Source: Iphione sp. A-MEVVRFRX5 (lineage: Eukaryota). Taken from it: a DNA stretch of 64,000 nt. The notes under the pieces were generated by a model that saw nothing but the letters and a program-made list of their open reading frames with translations, did no database searches and had not been told where the DNA came from. Positions 12,076 through 25,896 of the stretch are shown piece after piece (the first letter of the stretch is position 1; each line of letters opens with the position of its first letter). The stretch spans positions 64,046,001 to 64,110,000 of the forward strand of contig OZ320314.1 in the NCBI GenBank assembly GCA_976226885.1, written 5' to 3'. The translations under genes were made by a program, and so were the position numbers.

Positions 12076-15000
12076 TAAGGACGGGCCACAAAACGGTGCA
12101 AACTGATTTCACTCAAAGTTTCAAGCATATTGTTTCTCCATCAAGCATGTGTGTTACTACAAAATGAAACAGACATTATACAAATGTTCTCCTTCTCAGA
12201 GATTCAGAGAAAATCCTCTACACTTTTACTGTAAAGTTTATGTTTTCTTTATAAACTAAATATCAACACGAATTACGAAGTCGTTTACTTTCCCAAACAT
12301 AAAGTACTCGTCCGTACTTCTAATGAGAAATACAAAGTCACTTTGACTGGATTCCTCATGAAACGTGTGAATAGACACGTGTTGCATAGCCTTTGACAAA
12401 ACAGTCAAATACACAAAAGGTTAATTTGTCACAAAGGGTCCGAGTTACGCACGGTTGAACCGAACATGACCGCGCGCTCGTGGTTATCGAGGTATTATGC
12501 CCTCGCGCCTACAAATTGCAGCAGCTGGGGGTTTTCGGTGTATGTATCGTATGTGTCTGTTAGAAGTATCAACAGTTCCGATTCATTAGACAATTTAATT
12601 ACCCAGTTCGACAGTGTTGAATAAAATTATGGATGATTTAGTATCCTAAAGTGGGTCGACTACACTTTAAAGCATGTAAAATTACATGAGTATTTTCTGC
12701 AAAGTTTCTCATCTGAATGAATATGACATGAAGACAATAAATGTACAGTCAACCCTTGCTTTTTGAACCATCCCTGCTTCATAAAATATTGTTTGGTTAA
12801 GAAGCAAATTCAGATTTCGAGACTATTTTATGTGGTAGATACACCAAGAGCATTGGTATGTATGCAACATATTTCAAGCTTTAGATAACTGAAGCAAACT
12901 TGAGGTAATCCAATGTGTGGAACATTGCAACTAAAGCCAGCTGCTGTATCAACACAGTGCAAAAAGATCAGTATAGTACAGTCTAGTCATCAGTAGTCCA
13001 GTAGTTTAGTATTAAAGGCATAGTGTATCTCAGAATTCGGTTCAGGTGATAGTAAAACTAACATACTGGGTGGTTGCTTATTGAGATATGCCTATACTGT
13101 GTACATCTGATTGTGTACTGATATAATAGGAGAACACATGTCCTTGGAACAGATGCATTTGTATATTTGGCCAGCTTAACATCCATCATTTTAATGTATT
13201 TCTTTGCTTTCGTGTGTTATTTCAATATAGCAGTTATGTTAGTATTATTTGATGAAGTATTTAGTAAGACATCTAATTGTAATGGATATGTGTCCACATA
13301 ACTTGCTGTCATTAATATTGCCCAGTTGTTATTCGTACTGCGAGGTGTCGGTCAGTTCCACATATTGTAAATCCATGCATGCGTAATATATTGGTCTATC
13401 CGATTATTCTAGGACAACCTCGGCAAAAGGATCGCCATTAAATATTGATAAGTTTAAGTATTCATGTTGAACTCCTTTCTAGCATACAAGGCAGTATGTG
13501 TACACATGTACATGTATATGTATTAAGTATAACTTTCAGGTCTCCTACAGAACAGCATATATATCTGACACTCACATAGATATACAAGTACATGTATAAG
13601 TATCCGTGCTTAGCCATACTTTTATCTAATTCCAATACTAAAATGTCCATAAGGCTAAATCATCTGTGTAAAACTCAATTTTGCATTAAAGTAAGGGGGT
13701 ATATTTGTCGTTATATAAATACATGTAAAAGGAAAACAAACAAAAAAATCGGTCTTTCGAGTTCGCAGCCCAATTGGTTCAGTTCTTACGTACATGTATT
13801 CTAGCACATGTTTTCTTAAAATGGAGAATGCCCCTCATTGCAACTTTCTTCCATTTACAGTTCTCTTATACAGAAATGTGTTGCCTTGTCTTGTCTTGTG
13901 TGAAATATTTGATGCTGGTTATGTTTCTGCCACACATCCATCGGCATTAGTTCATTCTCTACCTCACCCGCTAGCATCGAGAATCAAGGCCTCAGCTGGA
14001 TAAGCGTCTGGTAACCATAGCAACTCCGCTGAAGCTCAATAATACCTGCCAGCAACGATGTGGATTCGTTTGCTAACGTGTCAAAGACATGAACTAAATC
14101 TACAGTGCTATGACTCGGTAAAATGATAATTAGCAGGTACGATATCTTAAGAGCAAGAAAACGGTGTAGGCCAGGGATGTCGGGAGGGATAGAGAAACGA
14201 GAAAGAGCAATACAAATAACAACGGAAACGCAAGAAGACGAGGAGACAAATGAATGCACGGACAAGTAGGCGGCAGGAAAGGAACTCAGTTTAGAAAGAG
14301 GAATATACAGAAAGACAAAGTATAAAAGAAAAAGAATGTGCGGAATACAGAGCTATGTATCACTGATCTACCCTTCCACTATTTGAGTCAACAGGAATAC
14401 ATGTACATGTACATGTATGTAGCCCCGAAGACAAAACTAGCTGATCAATAATTTCGTATGAAGGAAGACTAGCGCGGCAACATTAGGAGGGTGGGGAGTG
14501 GAAAGGTGGGATGTGTGCTGGTGATCAACCACCCAAATCTCATCAATAATTGTTCTCCCTCCTTCCCACTCTCTGCATTCACTCTCCAACAAACACGCCT
14601 ACCCGCGTAACCCTGAGGACGTGCAACCGAATCGAACTTGCGTTGGAGATTGTACTTACCTGGGGTTATCGCTCTCGGGGGGTTAATTCAATGTACATCT
14701 CTGATCCAGGTGTATACTTCCATTGTGGAGTTTTGCCGTTAGCCATCAACTGCTCGCGTTCAACAGTTACTTCAATTCCTCGTGGCAAAAGCTGACAGTA
14801 CTACCCGACTATCCAGTTGGTGTGCATGAAGCGACATATTCATCTGATGATCATTCTTGGCAACATATTTAGAACTGTTTGTTTAGATGACGATCCAACA
14901 TCTGACTCAGCTGATTGACCGTGAAACCCTTCGGATATTCATGCCCTGCCCAGCCCAGCCAGAAACAACAGGTCCAGGTCCATGTTGCACTGGGCCTGTC

Positions 15001-16329
15001 ACCTTTCAATGTGGTGATGAGCAATCGCTTCTCGGCGGCATTAGGTCATGGCGCGCGTAACCTCATCAGCTCATGTGTATCGCCATGTCAACGTACGTCC
15101 TCCGTCGTCGAAATTCCACATGCGCAAATTACACATTCTGTATGAATATTTCCTTGAACATTAAACTCCCGTGGTAGTGATCCTGCTGAAAGATCCTGTC
15201 CAATCATCTGCAAACTCCGTTAAACTTCTATGTGTGTTTGTGGGAGAGTCAGCTGTTGCAGGAACCACGTAGACAACCCCCATGTCCGCTAGTACAACTG
15301 GCTATAATGGCGGCGGACACTACGTTTAGGAGATCTCCCAGCTCTTTTTCATCCAGCTCGCTAGACTGACCTGCCTTCTGGCAACACCTGGTATGGGATA
15401 GTTCATTTGCATATTGATCACCGTCCCAACTAACTTCCACCCACAATAAGCCTAGCCCCACCCTGCTAACCCGAACGCACTTCAATACTTGACTATTTGC
15501 TGTTCGGAACCAGGCACTTTACTGGTTGGATAATACTGGGTGTAAAAATGTAAGTAAATCCATCGGATCATACTTTAAACTTACACAGGTCTATTGTCTT
15601 TTCGTTGTACGGCGGTATAGCAAAACACCGCTGACGATATTTTAAACAGAAACTCAACCGCGTCGTTCCCACCAGATACATTCAACTGCGGACAACGTTA
15701 AATGTATGTAGCATTAAGGTACATTAAATACAGCTATGGCATAGTTTCTAACATTTCTGTCTGAATAATATCTTCATAATTGAGGCTTTGGCGAGTTACA
15801 TCTCGGGGACAGCTAGTTCCGCGAGGCGTGTCGATCGATACGCTTCATTGATCTGCTGTGCACCAGAGCGTGGTCCAGTCGGACCGCCCGTGGGGCTCGT
15901 GAACAATGGGCTCCACTTTTCCTTCTTATTTGTAATAAGTATATTACTCACCAATTATTTTGTTCATGTGGGAAAATGTGCGTAATTCAGTTATAAACGT
16001 ATGCATACAATAACATGTTAAGACAGCTTCCAAAGTTGTCCCCACTTTGCCAACTTCTTGATCACTTCTAACAGAACATATTTCTGTCTTCTCCTATAGG
16101 GCCTACCTATCACATATGTAGGTCCACTGGACATCCTTTTGGGCCTAAGTTATAAGTTTCATGAGACGCACATTTCTAAACACCACAAAAATTCAGTCTT
16201 ATTCTCAGTCACATCTCAGTTTGAATGTTCTCATCTTTACTAGCCTCATCTATGTGTTTTTTGTGTTCCAAATTGGTGTCCCGCCAGAACGGTAGCCCTG
16301 ATTAGTGTATATAATTCCTTCTGTTTCAC

Positions 16330-16680
16330 GTGGGGGAGAGATGGCACGCTGGGGATGCAGTGCCAGGACTGTAGGCCTGATGAGGAACGGGTGTGTGATG
16401 TGAGGAACATGGCGGAGTTAGGACAGTGGGGGATATGGGCGAATAAGGGAATGTGTTGGATGGGTCTTCATGAAGTACAGGATATGGACAGGATGGGGAA
16501 ATGGGCACTGGGGAGAATGGGGGCATGGGGGGAATGAGGCAATAGGGGAGTAGATAAAAGACATTGAGACACCTAGGGATATTGGGGTCACGGAGAAATA
16601 AAGGAAGTCGGGGCATGGGAGAGTAGTCGGGGAAAGTCAGTTGGGAACATGGGAAAAGTGGCAGGATGGGGGATTTCACT
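16330..16680 (+). repeat. Degenerate purine/G-rich low-complexity tract
   Basis: Many short GGGA/GGGG/ATGGG units with strong strand asymmetry; the Pro-rich ORF on the minus strand is its shadow. Confidence 0.65.
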
Positions 16681-17029
16681 TTGGAAATATTTTGAACAAT
16701 TTCTTAAAGAATCTGGCAGCTAGTTTCACTGTGTACATATCTATGTGAACATTGTCTCATTATGGATGATGTGTTCTCTGACTAAAGCTTCAGGCCTGTT
16801 TGTGTGTAGACCTTGTTTGGCTTCCATCTCTAAATCAGGTACAAACATGTCTGATAATTATCGCCTTAAGTCTCAACGATTCGGTTATCCCTGGCTCGTG
16901 ACAAGTTAACCCAAGGAGAGACAGTCTACGGTGATTGGAAAGGGACAATGTCTCACTTGCATGCACATAAGGCTCTTATTGACATTTCCTACACTGAAAT
17001 GATTCTTCCTAGAACTGCTGTAATACCTA

Positions 17030-17367
17030 GGCCTAAAAAACAAGATGTGTGTTTCTGGTAACATGTTGAAAAATATAGGGTCAGTGGGTAGGTGTTTTTT
17101 TAATTTTCTTTTTTTTTCTTTTTGTTAGTGCATCCTGGAAACAACAAATGACTGTGTGTTTCCCATGCCTGACAATACCACGTCTCCTGCTTGGATCTTT
17201 GTGATACTTATATCTTTTAAAAAAATTAATGATCAAAGGATCAAACTGGTGTATTAAATGAGACTGTAAAATTACCAAGATATTGACAAAAGCACTATAA
17301 AAAAGTTTTAAGGAGTCAAAAATTCCGTTGATCAGCTTACTGGTAACAAATATTTCTTTACCAGGCC
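17030..17367. mobile_element. Degenerate copy of the same Harbinger-type MITE, opposite orientation
   Basis: Left end GGCCTAAAAAACAAGATGTGTGTTTCTGGTAACATG...TAGGGTC resembles the reverse complement of the right end of 11762-12075. The other end is degraded (...ACCAGGCC). Confidence 0.5.
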
Positions 17368-18837
17368 GTATCAATTCACTTGAAATTTAGAAATTTTCCA
17401 GTAAGAGGTTCTGGTTTATTCATAGATTCTTATATCTTGATCAGTTATTACAGAAAGGAAACCTAAGAGTGCATTTTTTTGCCTACTTTAACAATACCTA
17501 CTGAATCAGTACTACAGTTCATCCAGTTCTAATACTTTCTAGTATGTAGGATATTTACATGTACAGTGAAACCTCTCCAGCGGACATCAGAGGGACTGGC
17601 CTCATTCTGTAGGGGGTGTCCGCAGTATCCCAAAATGAAGTAAACATGTATTAATAGAATATATATCATTAAAATGAGACTGAAAACACCGTTTTTCGGC
17701 CAAATTTACATGAGTTTTGCCAGTTTGGGCTGAATTTGCATGGATTTCACCGTTTTTTCAGCTGAATTTGCATGAAGTTTGTGGTTCTTTGTACCTTTTA
17801 CTCTTCGGTGCTTTAAGGAATGAACATCTGACTGGTTGTGCTAACACCTCTGGTTGCACATTACACAATGAATAGTCCTTCAAACAGTCTATTTTCTTAG
17901 GGAGGATTGGTTGCACAAACACCTTTGGTCACACATTAGACAAAAAATATCCCTTCAACCCTTTGAGCATGGACATCTCAGACACAAGAGGTGTTTTGAG
18001 GTGTTGGTGTGGTCATAGGATGGTATTGTCCGCTGTAAACAATGTAAAATTAGTCTTTGGGTCTGTAAGATGGGTGTCCAGAGGTGGCTGTCCACTGCAA
18101 GTGAGTGTCCGCAGTGGCTTGGCAAGGTTAAACATGAAATAAAGCACTTTTGTAGTGTTCTGGGGAATCTCTGTCCATTGTAGAAGTATTTTCAAGAAAC
18201 TATTCAGTCCTAGAATGTCACACTAAATATTGAGCCTCAATATGGTGTTGTACAAGAGAATCAAATATACGTTTCGACTGATTATTTGCACTTATATGTT
18301 TTGTAATTAACATGTCCCTACATTTATATGGAATGAAACAAAAAAGGAAGTATTTATCAACTTAATATCCGCCTTGTCTCTCTTCCTACCTGCCCCCCCT
18401 CATGACTTGTTTCTTGGAATCTTCTGCTTGCAACACCTTTGTTCACTGGTTCTACTTCACTCGCCTGTTCACTTGGACATGCTAGGAATTCAAACATCTA
18501 ATTAACTCACAACCTTAACTTTATTTACCTACTTCTCCCTTTGTATGGCCCTACGCTCTTATGCACTTAGCCATTAGGCCTTTCATAAAGGGTATATGCA
18601 GGATCTCCTGCCTGTCCACCTGATTTTTTCCCGGCGGTTTTGGGTCTGCTGATGTCTTTCTTGGGCCAAATTTATACAGGTTACAACCTACAGTTAGTCT
18701 GGTGCTGTAGACCCCGATTTCTGCAGTTTAAAGGATGGGTCAACCAAAATATTCGTGTTTGGAACAAATTTACATTCTGAAGGCCCCAATCACATGATTG
18801 CATTTTTTCTATGGACACGTTCATGGATGTGAACATG

Positions 18838-18896
18838 TATTTTGTCAATTCTATACTTAAGCCCTGTATTTTGTCAATTCTATACTTAAGCCCTGA
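18838..18896 (+). repeat. 29-bp direct tandem duplication
   Basis: TATTTTGTCAATTCTATACTTAAGCCCTG occurs twice in tandem. Confidence 0.85.
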
Positions 18897-21800
18897 AGCA
18901 TTCAGATGTACATGTATTTCTGTGTACCTATGCATACACGTGCGTATACGTAGATAATGAATCTGGTCAGGGACGGATTTTCTATGCATACGAATACATA
19001 GACCATAGGAAGCAATGGTGAGAACACATCTGGTGAATATATGTAATTAATTAAAATAGGCCCTGTAGGAGGTAACCTATGTCTCTGCAAACATGGACGT
19101 ATTTCTCGCTCAGAAATCCAATGGACACATGTGATAAGGGCCTTAAAGTTAAAGAGTCAGCTTGACTGGTCTTTTGAGTCTTTGGGGTCCACCGCTATGG
19201 ATGCCTACATAGTTCAGTAATGATTTATTTACTGTATGTATCTAAGCCGTTCAGTGAAGTTCCAGTGGAATGTCTCCTGACCCTTCACTTATCCCAAGGG
19301 GAGGGAGGTATCCCCCTTCTGAGGGATAATTGGAGGGTCAAGACGACATTTTCACTCGAATATAACCCTTAATCGTAGTTCAAAATTTGTTTGAAATAAA
19401 CGATTATTTACCGTTATGAAGAGAGCTTTTTACATTTGTTCCAAAAGTTGCACTGATTGTTTTGTAATCGACTTTAGGTGGTTGCCTTTTCCATTCGGAT
19501 TCTTAACAGAGAAATATGGAATAAAAAGAAGTTTTTAACTATAAAAACAACTAAATGGACTAAATTGAGCATATATACATATATCAGGAACAATAAAGGA
19601 GTCATAAGGGTGAAATTCTTTAATTTTCATAAATTTCATCCAACCACAAACTGGATGTTGATAAAATGTGTACACAGTGCACATGCCTACTAGACCAGAT
19701 GGTTTTTGAGTGAACGGTCGCCTGACACTTCACTCGGCTTTATCCAAGCACATGTAGGCGTTTTTACTGCTTGAGTTTTAGAGCCGTAGATTATAGGACC
19801 AGTCTGCGGATGAAGTACTTCGCAGAATAGTGAGTACCTAACAGCCCTTCCTACCCTTGTAGACGTACTGTAAATAAGGAGCCATGCTCACTTGATATCT
19901 ACACATGAGAGTGATCGGTGATCATTTGAGGGGACCCAACAGGGAGACTTGAGGCTATAGGCCCCACACCGCGGGGTAGGTGAGTGAACCCCCTCGGCAC
20001 TGCCTCGGAAATTATGACTTTCTTAGCTTGTTCTTCAGGAAGGGATTGTGATGGGTGGGGTGGTTTAAACTAGGTAATAACCTTGCTGGGTGCGTTGACT
20101 CAAAGTACTTCCTTGCGCAATGCCAGCGAAGCTCCTTGAATCTCCATCAGCGAATTAAGAGATGATTCTTCCTGATCGCATAATATGCATTTTATACCAA
20201 TTTAATGATGGGGTTAAGACCATATTTCTGATATACCAACATACTTGATGAAGAATTTCATTCTTCCAATGAGTTCTTAAAAGTATTCTTTGATCACTTA
20301 CCTAGTATCGTTGTAAGGTGGGACTTCATTGTAATGGCTACTTAGAATTTAAGTATGTGTGTAAAAAGGCCTCTTCACTTAGAATGAAATTTTTCCGTTG
20401 TTCATAATTTCTATTTAATGTAAGGGAGAAATCTAAGTGTAATATGAGGTTTGAGGAACCTCCGGTCAACATTATGACATGTTTTTTTCGTTTATCAAAA
20501 GCAATATTCAACGTGTTCAGATAATGGGAGTTATACACCAGGTACATTGTATAAACACGTGCAGACATATACTAGGTCTCCCTTGATATCTTAACTAGTC
20601 CTTCTAGTGATTTAATATTTTTTAAATGAAGCTTTGTGAGAATTAATATTGGTGCATACCTTACATAACTTAGTGATGGTTGCATGTTTTGATAAATTAC
20701 AAATTACGGTTTTTAAGCAGCTATTTAAGTCTGGGATGGCAACAATATTTAATTTGGTGTCGATACCAACAACTAGAGTACAATATTACGAGAACTATAG
20801 GCCCTATGGACATTAAACTCATAATAATTCATATACTTTGTGAATGGTTTTCCATTTTGCGCATACCCAGCTGCAGCTTGGTGATGTTATGCACAGGTGT
20901 TTAAAATTGCTATTCTGGATTTATTTCGGAGGTTCCTTTGAGTCGTGCTCCCTTTTACAGGTGCTGCCTTCGTCCCCCTCCCCCCCAGAAAACTGGGGAG
21001 ATTACGGAGGGAATATTAACAGTTGCCCAACGGCCTTCCGATTCTAAAGCAGATGCCATAATTATAAGCGGCTTATGGACGCATGGTCATTTTCGCTCCC
21101 TTTTTAAGGAACAGTGAATTGTAGGAACCTCTCTTAAGGATTAGAATTTCATCATAAGCCTCTTCTTACCAATATGGTATAGCTAATATGCATGCATTAT
21201 GCTAGCTGTTAGCGAGAGGACCATCGTAATCTATGAAACGATACTGCGTAAAATTCTTGCTGTCATTTGCACCGATTCTGAATTATATATGTGTATATAT
21301 GTACTAATACAGCTATGCTAAACGAAACGTTGTGAAAGTTTATTGTATTACCAGCAATTACATATCGAGATTGAGCGAGTTATTAGTTTTAGAGTCACTG
21401 CAAGGAAATAACTGCCTGTATATGAACAGATGTATACGGTAACCAAACTGGTACTCGTATCTCAGAAATCAAGTGCAAGTTCATTTACACAGGTCAGCAT
21501 GAAGAAGCTAAAAGGTACGACAAACATTTGAGGTGCATTTTGTGTGAAAGGTAAAGAAGTGTGTTATTCTACCTTTTTCGGCAAAGGTGGTATAGACTTA
21601 ACCTCGTTCTAATCGTGGCTTTTCCTCTCTATGAAATTCCCTCATGAGTCTACGTATTAAGCTCGAGAGAGCAGAAAGTTTAAGGTATGGAGAGACACTG
21701 AATACATGTATTTACCGAGGTCTGAGAAGCTCGGTTTTAACTCGACTCAATTGTATGGTCGACCATAGTGCCACTAAATATATCCAGTTGGTAACGTGGG

Positions 21801-23181
21801 CAAAGTATTCGAAGGTCTTCTTTCTTTTTCACCTTACACATACCTGTAAAACAGTACGACTGTTATGAAAGGGAGCTCATTCCTCCTTAAGTCTGACATA
21901 ACACAGCCCAGTTTGGCCGGCATTCCCCCACCTTCTGTCAATTTAGTTCTGCCTCACTACACTGGCTCTACACTCGTTCTTGGTCAATTGATGCCAACCT
22001 CAACAAATTTTATTTAGTCTAAATCACAACTTATATCATCTCTTTGAAAATGTGGCCAACCTACTATAACTTCAAAAAGAACAAGAAACAGAGAAAATGA
22101 AGACGATGAGGGAAATTGTTCATGAAATAATAAATACATGTAGATAAACTCCTCATATTATCTGACAAGGGTGTATATGTATATGCAGGCCTACACATGG
22201 TACAATATATCAATGTGCTGTTTTTTAAGTGAAGAACACCAAACACGTATACAAACGTACGCTTCAAAAGTAAAGCTGATTGTAGCCTTAAATTACACCA
22301 CGACATTCGCCGGACAATTTACTTGTTTTGCCTGAGTGGATTACACAACTGAACATGACTGGGCTGAGCTAAGAGAATTAGTCTCATGTCTTGGTAAGTG
22401 CAATGTAGACATATTAGATGCCGCCGAGTAAGCTGTGATCTACATTCGAATGGAATTAACACTAAAAAATCTGAATTCTGGAGCCTATCGATTAATATAT
22501 CCCTTTTGGGACTATGGACTTTTAATGATTGATGTGCCGGTATTCATGTAGTATACATTCCCAAGGATATTGTTGCAAGAGATTGTCACAGAATCCTACA
22601 GGATTTAGCACATATTTTGCATCATATCTCATATACCAAAATCTGTGGTAGAATTTTGTGGTAACATTTCAATTCTATAATATACTTGATGAAATTTGGC
22701 TAGTTTCAATCGGATGTCTTATTTAATCAATCATTCTGACTTAAGCAAATACTAGTTTCATTAGGATGTCTTATTTAATTTATCAGTCTGACTTAAGCAA
22801 ATACCTATTAGAAGTTGTAATCAATCTTTCCGGGAATGTTCATCGCTTAAGGCAGTTTGGAAATGATGCTTTATTAACCAGCTTAATAACATTTTACCTT
22901 TTATTCTAGCCTTTGAATGAACAAGAGACCGTTTTTACAAATAGCTATTTCGACAAAGGTGCACTTGATGTAAGGAAATAGGCAACGAGCTTACTTCATA
23001 TCGTGTGTGATTGGCTCACAGTACCATTTCACGATTTAGTGATATTTGGCTTAAGTTAACTAGCAAGTGCCAACTGTCAAAAGCACAGACCGGGAAACGT
23101 GTCTCGCCTACTACCAGTTTTAACATGTCGCACACTGCAGTTTGCACCCTTTCCCGGCCCTCTACCGCCAAACCTACTCAC

Positions 23182-23553
23182 CTGTCCGTCGCTGGGGTGT
23201 TGGCTTCCCTGACGACAGACTGGCCTGGCGGCGTCCCTCCTCTGCTCGGCTTCTGACCCGGTGTTTCCTATAAAATCCACGGCCTGCCCCGTGGGTAACA
23301 CATCTATTCCTGGTAAACCATTTTCCAGTGTATCAGAGAATACCTCACTGTCGATCGGGGAGGAACAAACAGGGGGTGGGTCAAACGTTGCTGTAGGCTC
23401 CCCTTCACCTTCCTCACCGTCAGAATTCAGCAGGTGTGACCGCATGGACACAATCAAGTCTTCTATGCTCGGCGTACTTGTCCCATTGCCGGAACAAAAC
23501 GCGGCAGGAGCCGTCTGGACACCCCAGTCACCATCTTGACCTATAAAATCCAT
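23182..23553 (-). CDS. Probable first coding exon of the minus-strand host gene (MDFIGQDGDWG...)
   Basis: ATG in a strong Kozak context (CCACCATGG), 372 nt open, ending at a consensus donor CAG|GTGAGT in phase 0, which matches the phase-0 exon starting at 11668. Intervening exons cannot be excluded. Confidence 0.65.
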
Positions 23554-25228
23554 GGTGGACACGTTAGGTGATGTGTCAGATCAACAGCGACTGTGTCCTT
23601 TACCGCTGCACATGACTTTGGTGGCCTCCCTGTTCGTGTTGGCCACTCGACCTCTGCCGCTGTGTCCGTGCGTAGTTGTTTATGTTGTGGTTTTGAACGA
23701 AATATGTACTACCTGGGGGCGCCAGACGCGATATTACTGTGGCGCCACCTACTAAAATATTTCTGTTGGCTTACATTTTATGCGGTTGAGGTCGGAACAA
23801 AAGTCATAAAGTACTGTGGATGTTTTGTTACTGTCCCTGGTTATTTTTGGTACACTAGTGCTACGTCAGTTCTCGTTCAAGCAAGACTATAATTCTCACC
23901 GCTACCATGATGATGCACTCTCGCTGCCATCCAAACTCTGCTCCAACGAGGGCGAAATTAATATATTTGAAAACAGCACTTGATGCCCAACTGCTTCCCC
24001 GCTCCTCCTAAGAGAGTTCGAACTAACAAATCCCTCCACATGCACCTGCCTTACGAGCATAACACTTGAACAACCTCTGGAAACGCTGATGTTTCAAACC
24101 AATCTAGGAGAGCCTTTCCTGAACGAAAAGCGAGGACTCGGAGCTACCCTCGACCAAGTCTAATACATGTAATATCAAAATATAAGAAGCTGCACACAAC
24201 TCATAGCTTCCATAAAACCTGAAAACGACTTTCCTAAGACACAAGCCAAATTGATATCTGTCTTGGATCTCCTGAGTAAAATCTCCCTAACCTGACCATA
24301 CCTGAAAAGGGGGGTTGAACACAGCCCTTCAATACACAAACGCACTCTGTGCAACACACTTCGGTAGAACATCATGGGAGCAACCCTGCTTCTATCCAGG
24401 GTGTTTCTGGTCAACTAATTGGGTAGTATTCTCATCTAGGAGTTCCACCTTTCCTGCCACGAGCTCCACATCTCTCACCAGGAGTTTCACCTTTCTTATT
24501 TCAGATACCCCCCTATATACCCAGAACAGCTCCCTAAGCCATCTCATGCAATTCCTATTACAACTACGACCTGATCTGAGCATTATATAACACCTAGGTA
24601 TTGTCCACGAAAGCCCCGACTGTTTCTCCACACTTCTTTCAAATTATGGACCGCCACCACCACAGCTCAAAGCTTTATTACATTTATATTGTCATCCACT
24701 AGCTCCACACTAGGCCTCACCCCAACATGTTCACCACAACCGTAATCATCAAAGTTATCACCGTTCCATCTAACAGCAAACCAAACCTGTCCCAAAGTGA
24801 CCACCATAACCTGATGGACTTGAACCAGTATAGAACACGAATTCTGTCTCAATTGCTATAAGAATTTTTTTCTTTTCAATGAAAATCCCTACAAACATTT
24901 TCCACCACGTCAACAGCTCCCTAACTTCAGTAGGATCCTCCAACTTTCTCCGACTATTTTTCAATACGTTCAGAAAGTCATACAAATTCGTCTTGTATGT
25001 AAGACCAGCCTTGAGCGTTATCCCCATGGATGCAAACCTCCCGGATCTTCCACTCTGTGCATGGAGAGTGGGAGGTCTGGCCCAAACAGTTCAAATACAA
25101 CTATCCCCATGGATGTGGACAACCTGGTGCATGCAGGACAGTCGGTGGCGGAGTGGATCACCCACACCCCGCTACCTGGTGCAGACTGATAATAGAATAG
25201 AATTCAACAGAATAGAGTAGAAGACACA

Positions 25229-25407
25229 GGAATTCAGTGAGATCTGCACAAAAAACACATTATTTACACAAATTTGACAAGAATTCAATGAGATCTGCAC
25301 AAAAAAAAAAAGATTTTATACACAAATTTGAGAGGAATTCTGTAAGACCTGCACCAAAAACCACAATACTTGCACAAATTTGACAGGAATTCATTGAGAT
25401 TTGCACA
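25229..25407 (+). repeat. Minisatellite, about 52-bp unit, 3.5 copies
   Basis: Units begin GAATTC..GAGATCTGCAC at 25230, 25281, 25335 and 25387. Confidence 0.8.
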
Positions 25408-25561
25408 CATAGACATAGATATAGACATAGACATCAGAAAGTCCATGGAGACCATTTGCATACATGGGGATAGACCCGCCACCTGTTGCGGATAGGTCTA
25501 GGAAGCCACACCACACCACTTGCTCTGTGCAGACTATTCCCATCCACGGGGATGGGGCTTA

Positions 25562-25896
25562 GGCCTAAAAAAAGTACTGTGTTTCCAGTAACAAACTGGA
25601 AAAATATAGGGTCGGTAGGTTGATGGTATATTTTTTAATTTCTCTTTTTTTAATGTTGAGTCATACTCCATGCAACAAATGTATCTGGTAATAATTATAT
25701 GTTCTACTGGTTAGATTTTAATGAAACTTATACCAAATGAAAGCTACTAGTATAAGGTACACAATGTCGTATCATATGAGTCTCTACCTTTATTCATTGC
25801 TGAGATATTCATAAAACAACAATAAAATGAAAATTTACATTAAGACCAAAATTAGGGTCAGTCAGGTTACCGGAAACAGATATGTTTTCTTTAGGC
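25562..25896. mobile_element. Harbinger-type MITE copy nested in the Ngaro remnant
   Basis: GGCCTAAAAAAAAGTACTGTGTTTCCAGTAAC... left end and ...CCGGAAACAGATATGTTTTCTTAGGC(T) right end; flanks TTA and TCA look like a decayed TSD. Confidence 0.65.

Noticed and set aside
16326-16679. Pro-rich 117-aa minus-strand ORF
   Set aside because: Produced by the G-rich repeat tract; no splice or homology support.
20060-21050. L1/Tx1 remnant on the minus strand (KCILCDQEES...)
   Set aside because: Only one weak motif; too decayed to call without alignment.
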